In this document: positions 19,501 to 29,900 of the stretch, in pieces | Layout: the number at the start of each line of letters is the position of its first letter | How positions within the stretch are numbered: the stretch's first letter is position 1 | IMG/VR virus record: IMGVR_UViG_3300025141_016386 | Coordinates: 4,075 to 68,074 of that record | DNA: 64,000 nt | Source: a virus | Strand: one strand, 5' to 3' | Program-made: the position numbers and the translations under genes | Notes under the pieces: generated by a model | The model's database searches: none | The model's input: the letters and a program-made list of their open reading frames with translations, nothing else | Told to the model about the DNA's origin: nothing

Positions 19501-22499
19501 TTATCATTTTCATCAATATTTACCATATCTGAGCTTTGAATATTTTCTGGAAGTGTTTGTTTTCCTGTGTAAATAAATTTAGTATCTAAGACTTTACTGC
19601 TGGCTTTTGGAAAGAAATTGCCCCTACCTGGGTGTCTCATGCCAACAACGTTGCCTAACCATCCGTATTGAGCCCTTTTGGATACCGAACCAGAAGATAA
19701 ATCCGGAACATTAAATTTTCCCAGCAGGTTAGAGCCGGTCAAAGTGTCGAAAGACCAATTGAGGGCCAGTGTTTCCATTTCTGGAACGATTACACCTGTA
19801 AGGCTTGTCTGATATAAATATGTGCTTTTTCCGGGGCTAAGTACTCCATAATTTTCTGGATCTCTGGCGTGTGTTTTGATCACCTCGTTGTCTAGATGAG
19901 ACGTCCAGTATCTCACAGATCCGAGCTTGATGTCTGTTTTGTGAACTGTGGAGCCTGTAAAGTTTGTATGGAGTGCACCTGCATATACTCTTTTGGGCTT
20001 CCAAAGCCACGAAGATCGTATATCCCAGAAGCCGAGGAATGGAATTTCCTCTCTTATTATAAATTCGTTCGCCGTCACACCTGCGTCATTGTTTGCGCCG
20101 TATAATTCCATAAAATAATGAGGAGGAGTTGAGCCAGTAATTAAATCTGATCCATGTTCTTCGGGATAAAATCTTACTGCGAAGTTCCATTTATTATTGT
20201 CGTATACGTCATAAAATACAGAACTCGTATAAATTCCAAGCTGGGTTTCGAAGGCAAACCTTACATTTGAGGATTCTGGCTCATCGCGTAGCGCATAGAC
20301 GTTTACATAAGCATCTTCGGTGGGCCAAGTAAAGTCGCCAGGGGTCGTTTCATCGGCCGTATGGAATCCGAAAAGAGATGAGGTTGTAAACGGGGTAGAA
20401 AAAAAGTCTTCGTGTCGGTGAGTTAATTTTTTTGGAAATACAACTTCAGCTTCTAGGGTAAAAGAAGTATATTTTTCTTGAGAATCAGAAGCTACCCATG
20501 CTGAGCCTCCGGAGGCACTTATAAATGATTGGCTGTCCGGACCTAAGCCGATACCATGTTGATAAATTGTGCCATCAAAGTGTCGCGGATTATTAAAATC
20601 TATATATTTTTTTCGGGTTGTTCCTACCTCAAAATTATCTCGGTACCGATAAGTTGTATTATCTCCATACAGATTTATTTTAATCAAGTCTGTATCTATT
20701 CCATAACACCTCATCAAGTTTCGGAAAGATTTCATATTTCCCTTGGACTTATAAATGTACGCTAGGTTGTTATAAATGTTTTTATAAATTAGATTTTTTA
20801 TGTCTGTTAATTCGTGGTCAAATTTTTTATTTTCATTTCTGTTCGCAATTTGTTCTAAAATCGTGGCATCTACAAAAATTTCAGAAGTGGATAAACCTGC
20901 GGAGTCTAGCAATTTGTGGGCAAAAGGAAATGGCTTCGCCTCCTCGCCAGGGTAAAAGATATCTTTAATTTTTGGATAATTTTCAATCTGAAGATATAAA
21001 GTGTCGAAATAACTTGATAGAATTTGACTTAATTTTAATAATTCTTGGCCCGATTCGTCATCCTCCTCGACTATCCATGATGGAAGGGTATAATAGAAGG
21101 AAGAATTATTTTTTAAATCATGTGAAGATCCAGAAAATTCCAAAGCTGTTCGGCAATCTTTGACCTCCGGGTGGAATGGATAAATAATAGGATCCCTAAA
21201 CTCGCGGGGCTTCCCAAGGAATAGATCAATGGCAGAGGCCGTAGATCTGGCGGCTTGTGTATACCCAACCCACCTACCATTAGAAATTCTACCAGAATAA
21301 TCAAGAGCGACAGAGTCGGTTGACGCAATCCCCGTGATTCCCTCGTTGAATTTTAGATAAACACCGAGATCCGTATTCGCGATGTCGTTGTTGGTGCCTC
21401 CCCCGTATTGTGTGAACCAATATCTGCCAATTTCTTCTGATGTTCTTGCTGTCTTCCAATAACGGAATTCATCAAGAGAGGCCGAAAGCTTTGCGGCGCC
21501 CTCTGGAATTCCTGCCACGCTTGGACCGTATGAGGCCGAATTTGACCACGGACGCATGGCGCCGACATTAGCGATTAAAGATCCAGTCACATTTCCAAAT
21601 GTTGCCCCGAGTTCGACGCGGGTGGATTTGAGCTGGCCGTCTAAATAGCCGCGTGAGAGGGTATCGCTCCCTGAATTTTGGAAAGAAAGTGCCACATGGT
21701 GCCAGTTGCCGTCGATTAAGTCTCCGGTTGTTATTTCCGGATATGAAAATCCTCGCTGGGTTGTACCGGAAATTATGGTCACCGCTAGCGGATCATCGGA
21801 GACTGCTGTCTTTGTCGCGTCCAAGACCACATAGAGAGATCCGGAAGTATTTGTGCCGGTTTCATCATTTGTTATGTGAAAAATGGTTTCATAGAGTGAA
21901 TCGGCGGCCGGAATAAGCGCGGCTTTTTTAATCCAAGTTTCAATTGTAACACCCTGATTAAAATCAAATTTTAAATTTGATTCTCTATTTTTGTCCGGGT
22001 CATAAAAGTTAGAATTTTCAAAAGTATTTAAAAGCTCTTTCCCGATCATTCCTCCGGAAGCTGTATGTGGGCCTCCAATAACCTGAATATATTCTATGAT
22101 ACTCGGCAAGCCAACGGATCCGACAGTCGAAGCTACCGTCCCCCAGCCATTCGGGGAAATTATAGCATAACCAGTTGTTCTTGGATAAACATTGTCGAAA
22201 ATGTATAAATCTAGGTATGTAGAGTTATTTAAATATTCTGTTCGCTCCCTCAAAGAGCCATCATACGGGTATTGATTGGCAATCCTATCAAAAGAATCAC
22301 TATAATATTTTACAGCAGACCCAAACTTGGCGAAATTCGAAGGATCGGCATAGTTCTTTTGCGGAATAAATCTATTCTTTTCAGCAACTCTTTGTAAAAT
22401 ATTGCCCGAAGATTCTACAGACTTTCCCAAATCTTCCATATTGGTGGAAGATACTATAGATTGTGGGATATTTTTATCAAAAAGTTTTCTTATGCTCAT
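16596..22499 (-). CDS. very large baseplate-associated protein with LamG domains
   Basis: LamG motifs TIETWIK, WHHVALSF, SLDEFRYW; IYKSKGN..RNLMRCYG resembles wedge gp7/gpI-type motifs; start set at ATG 22499 (ATGA overlap). Confidence 0.65.
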   Translation of the reverse strand: MSIRKLFDKNIPQSIVSSTNMEDLGKSVESSGNILQRVAEKNRFIPQKNYADPSNFAKFGSAVKYYSDSFDRIANQYPYDGSLRERTEYLNNSTYLDLYIFDNVYPRTTGYAIISPNGWGTVASTVGSVGLPSIIEYIQVIGGPHTASGGMIGKELLNTFENSNFYDPDKNRESNLKFDFNQGVTIETWIKKAALIPAADSLYETIFHITNDETGTNTSGSLYVVLDATKTAVSDDPLAVTIISGTTQRGFSYPEITTGDLIDGNWHHVALSFQNSGSDTLSRGYLDGQLKSTRVELGATFGNVTGSLIANVGAMRPWSNSASYGPSVAGIPEGAAKLSASLDEFRYWKTARTSEEIGRYWFTQYGGGTNNDIANTDLGVYLKFNEGITGIASTDSVALDYSGRISNGRWVGYTQAARSTASAIDLFLGKPREFRDPIIYPFHPEVKDCRTALEFSGSSHDLKNNSSFYYTLPSWIVEEDDESGQELLKLSQILSSYFDTLYLQIENYPKIKDIFYPGEEAKPFPFAHKLLDSAGLSTSEIFVDATILEQIANRNENKKFDHELTDIKNLIYKNIYNNLAYIYKSKGNMKSFRNLMRCYGIDTDLIKINLYGDNTTYRYRDNFEVGTTRKKYIDFNNPRHFDGTIYQHGIGLGPDSQSFISASGGSAWVASDSQEKYTSFTLEAEVVFPKKLTHRHEDFFSTPFTTSSLFGFHTADETTPGDFTWPTEDAYVNVYALRDEPESSNVRFAFETQLGIYTSSVFYDVYDNNKWNFAVRFYPEEHGSDLITGSTPPHYFMELYGANNDAGVTANEFIIREEIPFLGFWDIRSSWLWKPKRVYAGALHTNFTGSTVHKTDIKLGSVRYWTSHLDNEVIKTHARDPENYGVLSPGKSTYLYQTSLTGVIVPEMETLALNWSFDTLTGSNLLGKFNVPDLSSGSVSKRAQYGWLGNVVGMRHPGRGNFFPKASSKVLDTKFIYTGKQTLPENIQSSDMVNIDENDNIFKLTTRPEEYFFSIEKSMYQNISEEILNVFASIVDFNTIVGDPVNRYRQEYKQLSKLRQLFFERVQNEPDLDRYIEFYKWIDNSLSNFLNQLIPASARFSDNMRTTVESHVLERNKYWTKFPTIDMKTPDLVSGLNAINELLYNWETGHHPLSDNQDEKCFWWNQRAERSGIISSGNPAVDSNRESYLNASLRVLNRSYSTPYKFSIKQQDINVGGANFSQNKIVNYAKNTIPWVDTAAGPKGIYITSGNVEQNTCIDLDSTKKRKLNFGVYTDEAGMSNSANPYDYRSGKGNRFVPFSIYSASHVNSYSGDIVSSLGCNAEITNNHNDSYGATIGVPLQGPFTEKFVGGLQSRHIDLNEDASDNKDNRPEAWQIKTATGVVKLASQPVSSPRATLYRDLVAKRPVNIRNIKQANGAPTGFVSGTLHSKIGNYKKDYEIVQAAGGRTANNRAWTRNGPWSLLDAQDPTHLTSSIFVSGMYDEPRIQRGRTEHVMVNRFSAPGGPDTMGDSNGGPGLDRYAAEFSPNNDLNWRNNSTRDPLKKWMLTPHVNQFGYYGGVENLIPGSAANATNYSGTGSFYQINRNSRMRLIKSGSGTTTSYSYDNYYVQKPIPATDLRYSWITASVQTINPTGFGYWPKEFYVPSLTDAFQQPASFVSSSQLNLEIDFVGMNNYIYEPIPERYTSAFKATIYSAFGSVEAPLRVLIESALDASEANNFNYQLSNEFRNRSLATINPGNVLNALNLHRNGPYQHPSWKQSRTGQHKISRYLRKRNFIGCTQDRYLTLKGPGNSSKTVVAENTYTTFYYEPAVQKVSSPLVWTVGIKSKQATQAVALAASLINAYDFVNPALRRCSVGIKEIIKQPPGSFKRPWIPGSSTQDPSEASCLKKDTAYGVIAGTYLNGGLENKSSPVDVFVEAIYTAPTFPSPANKFSAENRERTNYNNNYYNSSRAERSSMGEEKFRNGDD

Positions 22500-24706
22500 A
22501 CTTTTTCTACTCTGAATTTCCACTCATAAGGTTGTTCGACATAGCTATTAACTGTTTCATCAAAATACGCGACCTTAATTCCATATGAATATCCAGATTC
22601 TAAAAAATCCATTTTTAAGTCAAAATAATTTCCGCTTACGTCATAAGACATTTCTGTCCCACTATTACTTCCCGTACTAAACGGCATAACAATTAAATCA
22701 TCTATTATTCTATGGATCTGGTAAGATGCGCTTTCGATTATCTGTGTGTCTATTTCCTTATTTGCTACTGTATAAATAGTTGGGCTCCAATCTTTTTCTC
22801 GAACATAAAATCTAAGGCGCGCCGTTTCATAATTTGAGTAAGCGGGGCGTAGATTTGTCAAATTTGTGACTAAATTTGGATAAGGATTATAGGTGCTGGC
22901 TGCAAACTGTTTGACATTAAATTTACCAACATGATAAAGATCCATAAAAGTTGTATTGTACCACCTGTCGTAAACTACGCTAGCTGAGGTGTCTAAGGCG
23001 AATGACGCTGTATAGATTCCCTTTGAAAAATAGCCGGCTGTGACGGTCGCTCCCAATTGGTCGCCGGCGCTTGCACTTGTATAAAGTTTGACTCGCAAAT
23101 CCCCCGCTCCAATTTCTGGAATATTTACCAGGCGCCCATTGATTACGTTATAGAGATAGAGAGTCTGCATATTGTAGGGGCCCGGGACAAGAGAACTACT
23201 AGCGTAAAAACTCCCCCTGTCATCCTTTATTGAAGAATCCCACACTGCTTCGATTGATGGGCGTTTAAAGAAGAATTCCGATCCTCGGCCGAAGAATTTC
23301 TTTGTGTAATATGTTTCTTTTACTCCGGCGGTATTAATTAATTGGCCATCTGACTCTCGACCCACAGTTCCGTTTTGGGCGGTGCACGCACCAGTTACGA
23401 TGGACATGCCTCCCGAACCGGTGGCATAAAGATTCGCGGTACCAACCCTGTCATAAATACTTATTTCTGTTGGGGGAGTTCCAAGATTAATTTCATCTCT
23501 AGGATCATCGCCGTGAACCCACCAATTTGAGAGATTTTCATAAATAGAAAGCTCTTTAATTGGGGCCGGACATGCGCCGTTATAAAGCTCAGTTATTTCT
23601 CCGGGACTTAAAATTTTATCAAAAGATGCTACATCATCGATATATCCACTAAAATTAAAGGAAGCTCCCGATTTTGAGCCCCCAATGGCAAACATATCGA
23701 CATCATCTAATGCAGAACCTGCGCCCTGTGTGACCGTTGCGGAAGCGGAGATTGAGTTTATATAAATTGAGGGAATATCTGCTGAGTCTTGTGTGTCCGT
23801 CACTGTTATGTGGGTCCAGGTATTTAGAGGAAGGGGATCATCAGTTGTTATTGTGGTGGTCCCTAGGGAGTACATCTTTCTATAAACAACTGCTGAGCCG
23901 GCCGGATTTATTTGTAAAACCCTCCTGAAACTTGTTGCCGCACTTCTTTGCCAAAAAAGCACATATCTCGTGCCCGTGTTGTTAGATTGCTTAATCCAGG
24001 CGGATATTGTAGAAGGTTTTTGCAGATCGGTATCTGATGTTCCTGAAAGGAACGCGGCGCCGTCAAATTGTACAGCTTCTCTTGGGTAATATTCTGCGAA
24101 ATAAGCTTCCTGGCTTGAAGTTAGGTGAACTCCAACGCCGTAATTTGTAATTGTTCCCGCAATCCAATCTTCTACGAGCGGAGTAATGTCCATCCTTAGA
24201 TCTTCATTTCCAATGGGGAAAGTCTGAGAATATATTGGGGATGATAAATAATCTCCGCCCATTCTTGTCCAGGGGGCGCCCTCCGAAGCAGTCGTCCAGC
24301 TGGATCCTGGGCTGGATCCCGGGCTGGATCCTAAGACGTCCTTATATCCTTCCATATCCAATCCTGTGCCTTCTTGCCAGGATTGAGAAATTGGGGCCAC
24401 TACAAAGGTTGCCGATCGGGGAGTTGTTTGATTGTGCCTAGCATTATACATATTTAAATAAAAATTAATTTTTCCAGGGCCGGGAATTATTCCCGATGCT
24501 CGATCTTCCACGATTTTACTGACCGGAAATTCTATCAAGACTCTCTCTAGCTCTGTGGAGCCCGAACTAGCCTGGCCGTATATTGAAAACACCTCAAGGA
24601 CGTCGGAGGCTCCCATATTTGCATTTGTGCCGCGCGTTTGCAAGTTGGGCCTAAAGGCACTCGTTATTGTATTGTCTTTGTTTGCGAAATATTTCTTTAT
24701 TGCCAT
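22496..24706 (-). CDS. virion protein with an inserted LamG domain
   Basis: LamG motifs TISAWIK, WTHITVT, FSGYIDDVASFD in the middle; follows the baseplate wedge gene. Confidence 0.6.
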   Translation of the reverse strand: MAIKKYFANKDNTITSAFRPNLQTRGTNANMGASDVLEVFSIYGQASSGSTELERVLIEFPVSKIVEDRASGIIPGPGKINFYLNMYNARHNQTTPRSATFVVAPISQSWQEGTGLDMEGYKDVLGSSPGSSPGSSWTTASEGAPWTRMGGDYLSSPIYSQTFPIGNEDLRMDITPLVEDWIAGTITNYGVGVHLTSSQEAYFAEYYPREAVQFDGAAFLSGTSDTDLQKPSTISAWIKQSNNTGTRYVLFWQRSAATSFRRVLQINPAGSAVVYRKMYSLGTTTITTDDPLPLNTWTHITVTDTQDSADIPSIYINSISASATVTQGAGSALDDVDMFAIGGSKSGASFNFSGYIDDVASFDKILSPGEITELYNGACPAPIKELSIYENLSNWWVHGDDPRDEINLGTPPTEISIYDRVGTANLYATGSGGMSIVTGACTAQNGTVGRESDGQLINTAGVKETYYTKKFFGRGSEFFFKRPSIEAVWDSSIKDDRGSFYASSSLVPGPYNMQTLYLYNVINGRLVNIPEIGAGDLRVKLYTSASAGDQLGATVTAGYFSKGIYTASFALDTSASVVYDRWYNTTFMDLYHVGKFNVKQFAASTYNPYPNLVTNLTNLRPAYSNYETARLRFYVREKDWSPTIYTVANKEIDTQIIESASYQIHRIIDDLIVMPFSTGSNSGTEMSYDVSGNYFDLKMDFLESGYSYGIKVAYFDETVNSYVEQPYEWKFRVEKV
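24299..24331. repeat. 12-bp tandem repeat (GCTGGATCCYGG) encoding SSPG units
   Basis: gctggatcctgg gctggatcccgg gctggatcc. Confidence 0.8.
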
Positions 24707-26502
24707 TATCTTACGGCCCCCTTGATATCTATACTCGGAAATTTAATTTCAAAAGCTACATTATCTGGAGCCTTTATATATCTTCCATCCGGCGACATCA
24801 ACTCCTCTATCTTGACAGAAACATCAGAATAAGATCCCCCAGTCTTGTTGGTAATTTTTACCTTTGTTGTATCCACGACACCTACAACATCATTCAAATA
24901 ATTATAGACATCCGTTATATAAAATGGTTCACCAATCATGAGCGGGTCTCGAAGCTTTATTGCTAAACTATTCGCACACGTAGTAAGTACATCATATTTA
25001 TTGTAATCCAGATCGTGTATTATTTCAAATTCTATGGCTACATTCACCACATGCGCATCGACAATATCGATTGTATCATTGATCATTTTATTTTTATTTA
25101 GCCAGGTTTTGAGATTATTTTTGAGAGTTTGACTGGCGTGAGATAGGGCCCCAGAGACATCCTCCGATAATACAAATAAATTTAAATTTCTGCGAAAGGA
25201 TCCCTGATCTTGGACGACCTTGCACCTCTTAATTGCGCCAAATTTGTGAGGCATGCGATAAGCCATCGATTCATAATCTTGCTTTGTGACGGCTCGGTTT
25301 TGAGTTGCAAAATAATCAATAGATCTCTGCCTTATTTCTTCCGAGGTTGGATTTGATATATCTCCAAGTAGGGGCCCTGGGTTTATACACTCTACAGATT
25401 CCCGAACTGCCATAACCTTTGCGCGATTTAAATTGCTGACGTCTCGAAATGACCAATATGAGGTGTCGACGCGCTTTATAGTTCCGGCGGCTGCGTTTAC
25501 GTCATTTTCTGTATTTATCCTATAAGAGATTGTTAAGGTTGTGTTTGTTGGCGATATCCCGAATTTATCAGACGAAATTAATTTTGAAGGATCGAAAGAT
25601 TCATCGCTTATATAATCTTTCGCATGAAACTTTAGTATCGTATTTGATGGATCTACGGGAGAAGCTTGGGCTATTTCGTCATCGGAGCCAAATCCAAATT
25701 GCAAATAAGAAATTTCTCCAGACGTCTCGACTACAAAGCGCCTTGGGACTGAATATGGCCTTATGACAGATGGCACCACAGAACTATCTGAAGCTCTGTT
25801 GATTACATCCTTATAGATTATGTCTTGTGATAGGTGATCCACTTCATAATATTCATTTCCCTCTGCATCAAAGACATTAATCACTTCTGCCACGCGTTGA
25901 CTAGAGAGTACCAATTTCCTGAATCTTTTATATTCTTCGACTGTGAAAGTTTCTTGAACGAATTTGCCAGAAATTACTTTACCAATGGCTTTTACCGCAT
26001 AACTAGTCGGAACGCCAGTGGTCGAATTTGTTCTGGCTGCGACGATCTGATTTTTTGGATGGGAAAAATCTATATCCGAAATTAAAATATAACTGCCGCC
26101 GCCGAGGCCGGAACACAATGACCCTCTTTTCAAAATTGGTAAATAATCCGTGTCCGGGCCTAGGCCTAGCGAGTTCGCCGGAGCAATGATAAAAAATTCC
26201 ACCAACCCAGTTGTGGAAGGGGCTCCTTTGTTTTTATATCCCTGCTGTCTGGCTAGCCTTATTACATTATTATATTCAGCCGCAGAGTCAAGAAAAGATT
26301 CGTTTACTTGATAATCCAAGTAGAAAGATAAAATATCGCCGACATAAGAAACAGTATCCATCATCAGGGCCCCGAAGGAGGCCTCACCAAAGTCTCTATA
26401 AGATTCTGGATAATATCTTTTTGCATATTCCACCAGATCCTGCTTGATAGTGGCGAATTCTCTACTAGTATATCTAACTGGTGTTCTTTTTTTATCGGCC
26501 AT
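24706..26502 (-). CDS. baseplate wedge protein (T4 gp6 / baseplate J-like)
   Basis: N-terminal YTSREFATIKQDL..SFYLDYQVNESFLDSA, QNRAVTKQDY motif; adjacent to a gp25-like gene. Confidence 0.85.
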   Translation of the reverse strand: MADKKRTPVRYTSREFATIKQDLVEYAKRYYPESYRDFGEASFGALMMDTVSYVGDILSFYLDYQVNESFLDSAAEYNNVIRLARQQGYKNKGAPSTTGLVEFFIIAPANSLGLGPDTDYLPILKRGSLCSGLGGGSYILISDIDFSHPKNQIVAARTNSTTGVPTSYAVKAIGKVISGKFVQETFTVEEYKRFRKLVLSSQRVAEVINVFDAEGNEYYEVDHLSQDIIYKDVINRASDSSVVPSVIRPYSVPRRFVVETSGEISYLQFGFGSDDEIAQASPVDPSNTILKFHAKDYISDESFDPSKLISSDKFGISPTNTTLTISYRINTENDVNAAAGTIKRVDTSYWSFRDVSNLNRAKVMAVRESVECINPGPLLGDISNPTSEEIRQRSIDYFATQNRAVTKQDYESMAYRMPHKFGAIKRCKVVQDQGSFRRNLNLFVLSEDVSGALSHASQTLKNNLKTWLNKNKMINDTIDIVDAHVVNVAIEFEIIHDLDYNKYDVLTTCANSLAIKLRDPLMIGEPFYITDVYNYLNDVVGVVDTTKVKITNKTGGSYSDVSVKIEELMSPDGRYIKAPDNVAFEIKFPSIDIKGAVR

Positions 26503-26521
26503 TTAATTTTTTCCTTATAAT

Positions 26522-26929
26522 TTAATTAGAGATCGGCAAAGTTAAAACATTTGAAATATCAGAAGAAGAAATTTTGTAAAGAATATGTACATATAAAGCA
26601 CCGGTTTCTTCGATGGTGATCAGGTCCTGCCTATATGAGGAGCCGGGCGTATATCTAATGTCCAAAATTTCAACGGAGCTTAAATATTTTCTCGCCTGTT
26701 TAATTATTTTTCTTGTAATGTCTCCCTGAAAGCCTGTGTTTGCTAATTCAAATAGATATCGTCGGATGCCAACTCCGAAATCAGGATCCATTATTCTTTC
26801 GCCAGGGTTTGTCAAAATTAAATTTTTTAAATTTTGAGAAATTGCTTCCACCACCGTCTTAGTTAATCGATATGGGCCGTCAGTTTTATCAACCACCAGG
26901 GGCAATGCTGGTGATAATCCTATTGCCAT
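26522..26929 (-). CDS. baseplate wedge / sheath initiator (GPW/gp25 family)
   Basis: ISQNLKNLILTNPGERIMDPDFGVGIRRYLFE signature. Confidence 0.9.
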   Translation of the reverse strand: MAIGLSPALPLVVDKTDGPYRLTKTVVEAISQNLKNLILTNPGERIMDPDFGVGIRRYLFELANTGFQGDITRKIIKQARKYLSSVEILDIRYTPGSSYRQDLITIEETGALYVHILYKISSSDISNVLTLPISN

Positions 26930-29900
26930 CTATTTGCACTCCGAGGCTGGCTTTGGTACCTGGCGCCTCTTTTTCCACCAAGAGATTTGCTTATCTGCTG
27001 GAATTCTTTTCTTAACTTTGAGTTTTTTTCTTGTCTTTTCTTCACCAGTTTCCATCTCCTCATCTTTATAATATGGATCCCTAGAGTAGTAAAAAGCCTC
27101 AAAAAGCCTTCTAAGGTTTCTCTTTGTTTTCTTAAAGTTGGAATCTTTATTCCACCTTTTAAACTGACTTGATTCTCCGGCTGTTTCATCCCACTCTGCT
27201 CCAATTGATAATAAAAATGTCTCCGTGATATAAATAGTAACCAAAGAAAGTAATGATTGCAAAGGAATACAATAATTAAAAAGAGTTTTATATTCAGGGG
27301 TAGCTATCAGCTCTGAAATCATACAATTTATGTCATATTTGTCGATTAAATCTATAGTTGGGGTTGTCCGAGTCCCCATCGGAACTTCGGCCGATGCGAC
27401 CGGAATTACATACCTGCGCTCGTCTTTTGGTCCAAATTTTAGCGACTTGATGGCATCGACTTGATCGTCAGTAATTGATTCGTCAAAGAGGTCCGTATTA
27501 AACGGGCCGGCGCTATGTAACATTGTTTCAGACATAATCATTGAAATTCTTAGGCCGTAAGACCAAGATGCCAGATTCTTGGTGATCACGGGTTCAATGT
27601 CCGGTGAAAGTGCTTTTCCAGTTAAAGTGCCTGTAGATTTTCCTGCTGCGAGGTTTTCCACCTCCCCTTTCCAATAATCTAAGCCGAAAATTTGTGGAGC
27701 AGCTGAAGAAGCCGCATCCGGAAGGGGTTCTACTTTTATATATTTTTCGAGAATAAACGGGAAGTATCCCCCTCCGTAAGTTTCCGTCTCTTTAATATCT
27801 ATAGCTAAAATTTTTGCCGTTGTAGGATCTGTCGGGTTGAGGGGGTCGGTGGCGACATCCATTGGACCTTCACTAGAAATGGCGCCGGCTGACATCCAAA
27901 TTGGAGAACCGAAAACCCAACTTTCCAAGTTGGGAATTGATGGCTCTAGTGCCTCACTAAATAATTTTCCAACTTCCTCCACCTGTTCCGAAATATAATA
28001 ATTTAATAAAATCAAACAACTTGATTCTGCTGCGGAAATCCAAGCTAAATATTTTTTGTGGAGGCGTTTTTTGTAATTTATTCTTGGCTTTCTGGGTGGC
28101 TTTTGCCACTGCGCCTGCATATCATTTATAGCTTCCATTGCAGAAAGTTGGGAACTATTGGGTGTTATTTCTCCAAGGTCGACTTTTTTTCCAAAGTTTT
28201 GCACTACTTCTTCCAAAAAGGTATAATAATAATTTTCCCGGGTGCGTTTTACGCGGAAGCTTCTTCCAGTATTTAAAAGGCCTATTTTTATTTTTTCAGC
28301 GATATAGCTAGACAAGGTGTCGTTATATACTTGAGGGAATTTTGGATCGAATAAAGAAAAAGAGGGAATACCTTGGATAAATGATTGCATAACATAAAGC
28401 CTGACTGTTGATCTTATTGCGCCGTCGCAGCCTGCTAGGGCAGCTTTTGGCATGATTCTATCGAATGGGCGCTCTGTATCAATCGCGCAGGCGGCAGGGA
28501 TTTGCAGTCTCGGATCTTCTTTTAATTTATCACTATAGCCTGCTGTCTTTTCGGATACTGAACTGAAATTTAATATGGGTACCCTGGAGCAGTCATCAGT
28601 CTCTGGTACAATATCATCATAGAGGCCCATCCAACCAGCATATTTTGGCGGGATTACATAGAAAGCCGGATTCTTTTCAGTACCGCCATATTCGTTGTGA
28701 TCAAGCGACGATGTTGCTGTCTTGGCATTTGGATCATATCCGAAATCGAATGCTCTAATATTCTCGGAAATTTTAAGAGCAAATTTCTCAATTGATTTTT
28801 CAGTTAAATATTCGAATAGACGACCAGAGAAATGTGACCCTATTTCTTCTGCCTGATTTGTTGTGTATTCTGACCACGCTGTGCGTCCTATGTTCCCAAA
28901 CACAAAAGCCTGATTTGAAAGAGATCGATCTCTATCGGGCGAAGAGAGAGATTCTATTCTTTCGTAAGTCTCTTTATCGTAGGATTGCGGAGCGTTAAAA
29001 ATAAGAGGCTCATCAAATTTATCATCTTCGGAATAAATGGCCATGTTTATCAACTTATCATCGTCTCTATCATAATTATAGTCTATTTTAAGGTAGCCGG
29101 GCCCGAAACCTAGGGGGCCCTTGTCCCAAATATCAAAACTTAAAGTGAGGTTGGGGCTGGATCCGTTACTAAAGACGACATCTAATCCGGGTTGTTTCAA
29201 ATTAGGCGTATCGCCGGTGCCGAGCGTTTTACCGGTTCCGGCCAATATATCTTGCAGGTATGGGGCGACCTTGTCTGGATAAAATCCCATCGGGAAGCCA
29301 TCTACTAATTTAGACAATATTGCCCATTTGCCGGCGGAGCCAGAATCGTTTACATAAAATCCGAATGGACCCAACTTATCTGCCGACGGGTTGCCGAAGA
29401 AATTTATTAAAAATTCATTATGTTTTTTAAAGCCGACGCCTTGGGTATCCGAAAGGATCATGTTTAATACTCCCCTCTTTGTGAGGAGTTCTTTCATAAA
29501 GATGGAATTTATCGCATCGTCGTTCGAATTAAACATTTCTTGAGTTTGTCTTTTTGTCTCCGGGTCTTCGCCGGGGTAAATTCCGGATTCGGGACAGGTG
29601 GGATCCCCCAAGACATCTAAATCTCCGAAATAATTCTCGTTTAAAACGTTCGCTAAATCATCAAAATCTTGTAATGTTTTTTCTTTTAATTTTTCAAGCT
29701 GCTCAGCACATTCGTCTTCTGTCAGGCCTTTTTCTTGGAGAATTGAACGGCGGACCTCATCAAACAGCTCCAAATGGGCGGGAGATGCGCAAATAGCTGG
29801 ACTAATTGGCCTATAAGACGTGGCCCGGATTCTATCTCTTATAGCCTCTCTGTCAAATATTCTCCCCATACCAACAAATAAGTTCCTTATATGATCGTCA

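Noticed and set aside
27229-27237. Intragenic ACTATTTAT matches (also near 2890 and 22775) as late promoters
   Set aside because: Explained by Thr-Ile-Tyr codons and not located about 20 nt before a start codon.
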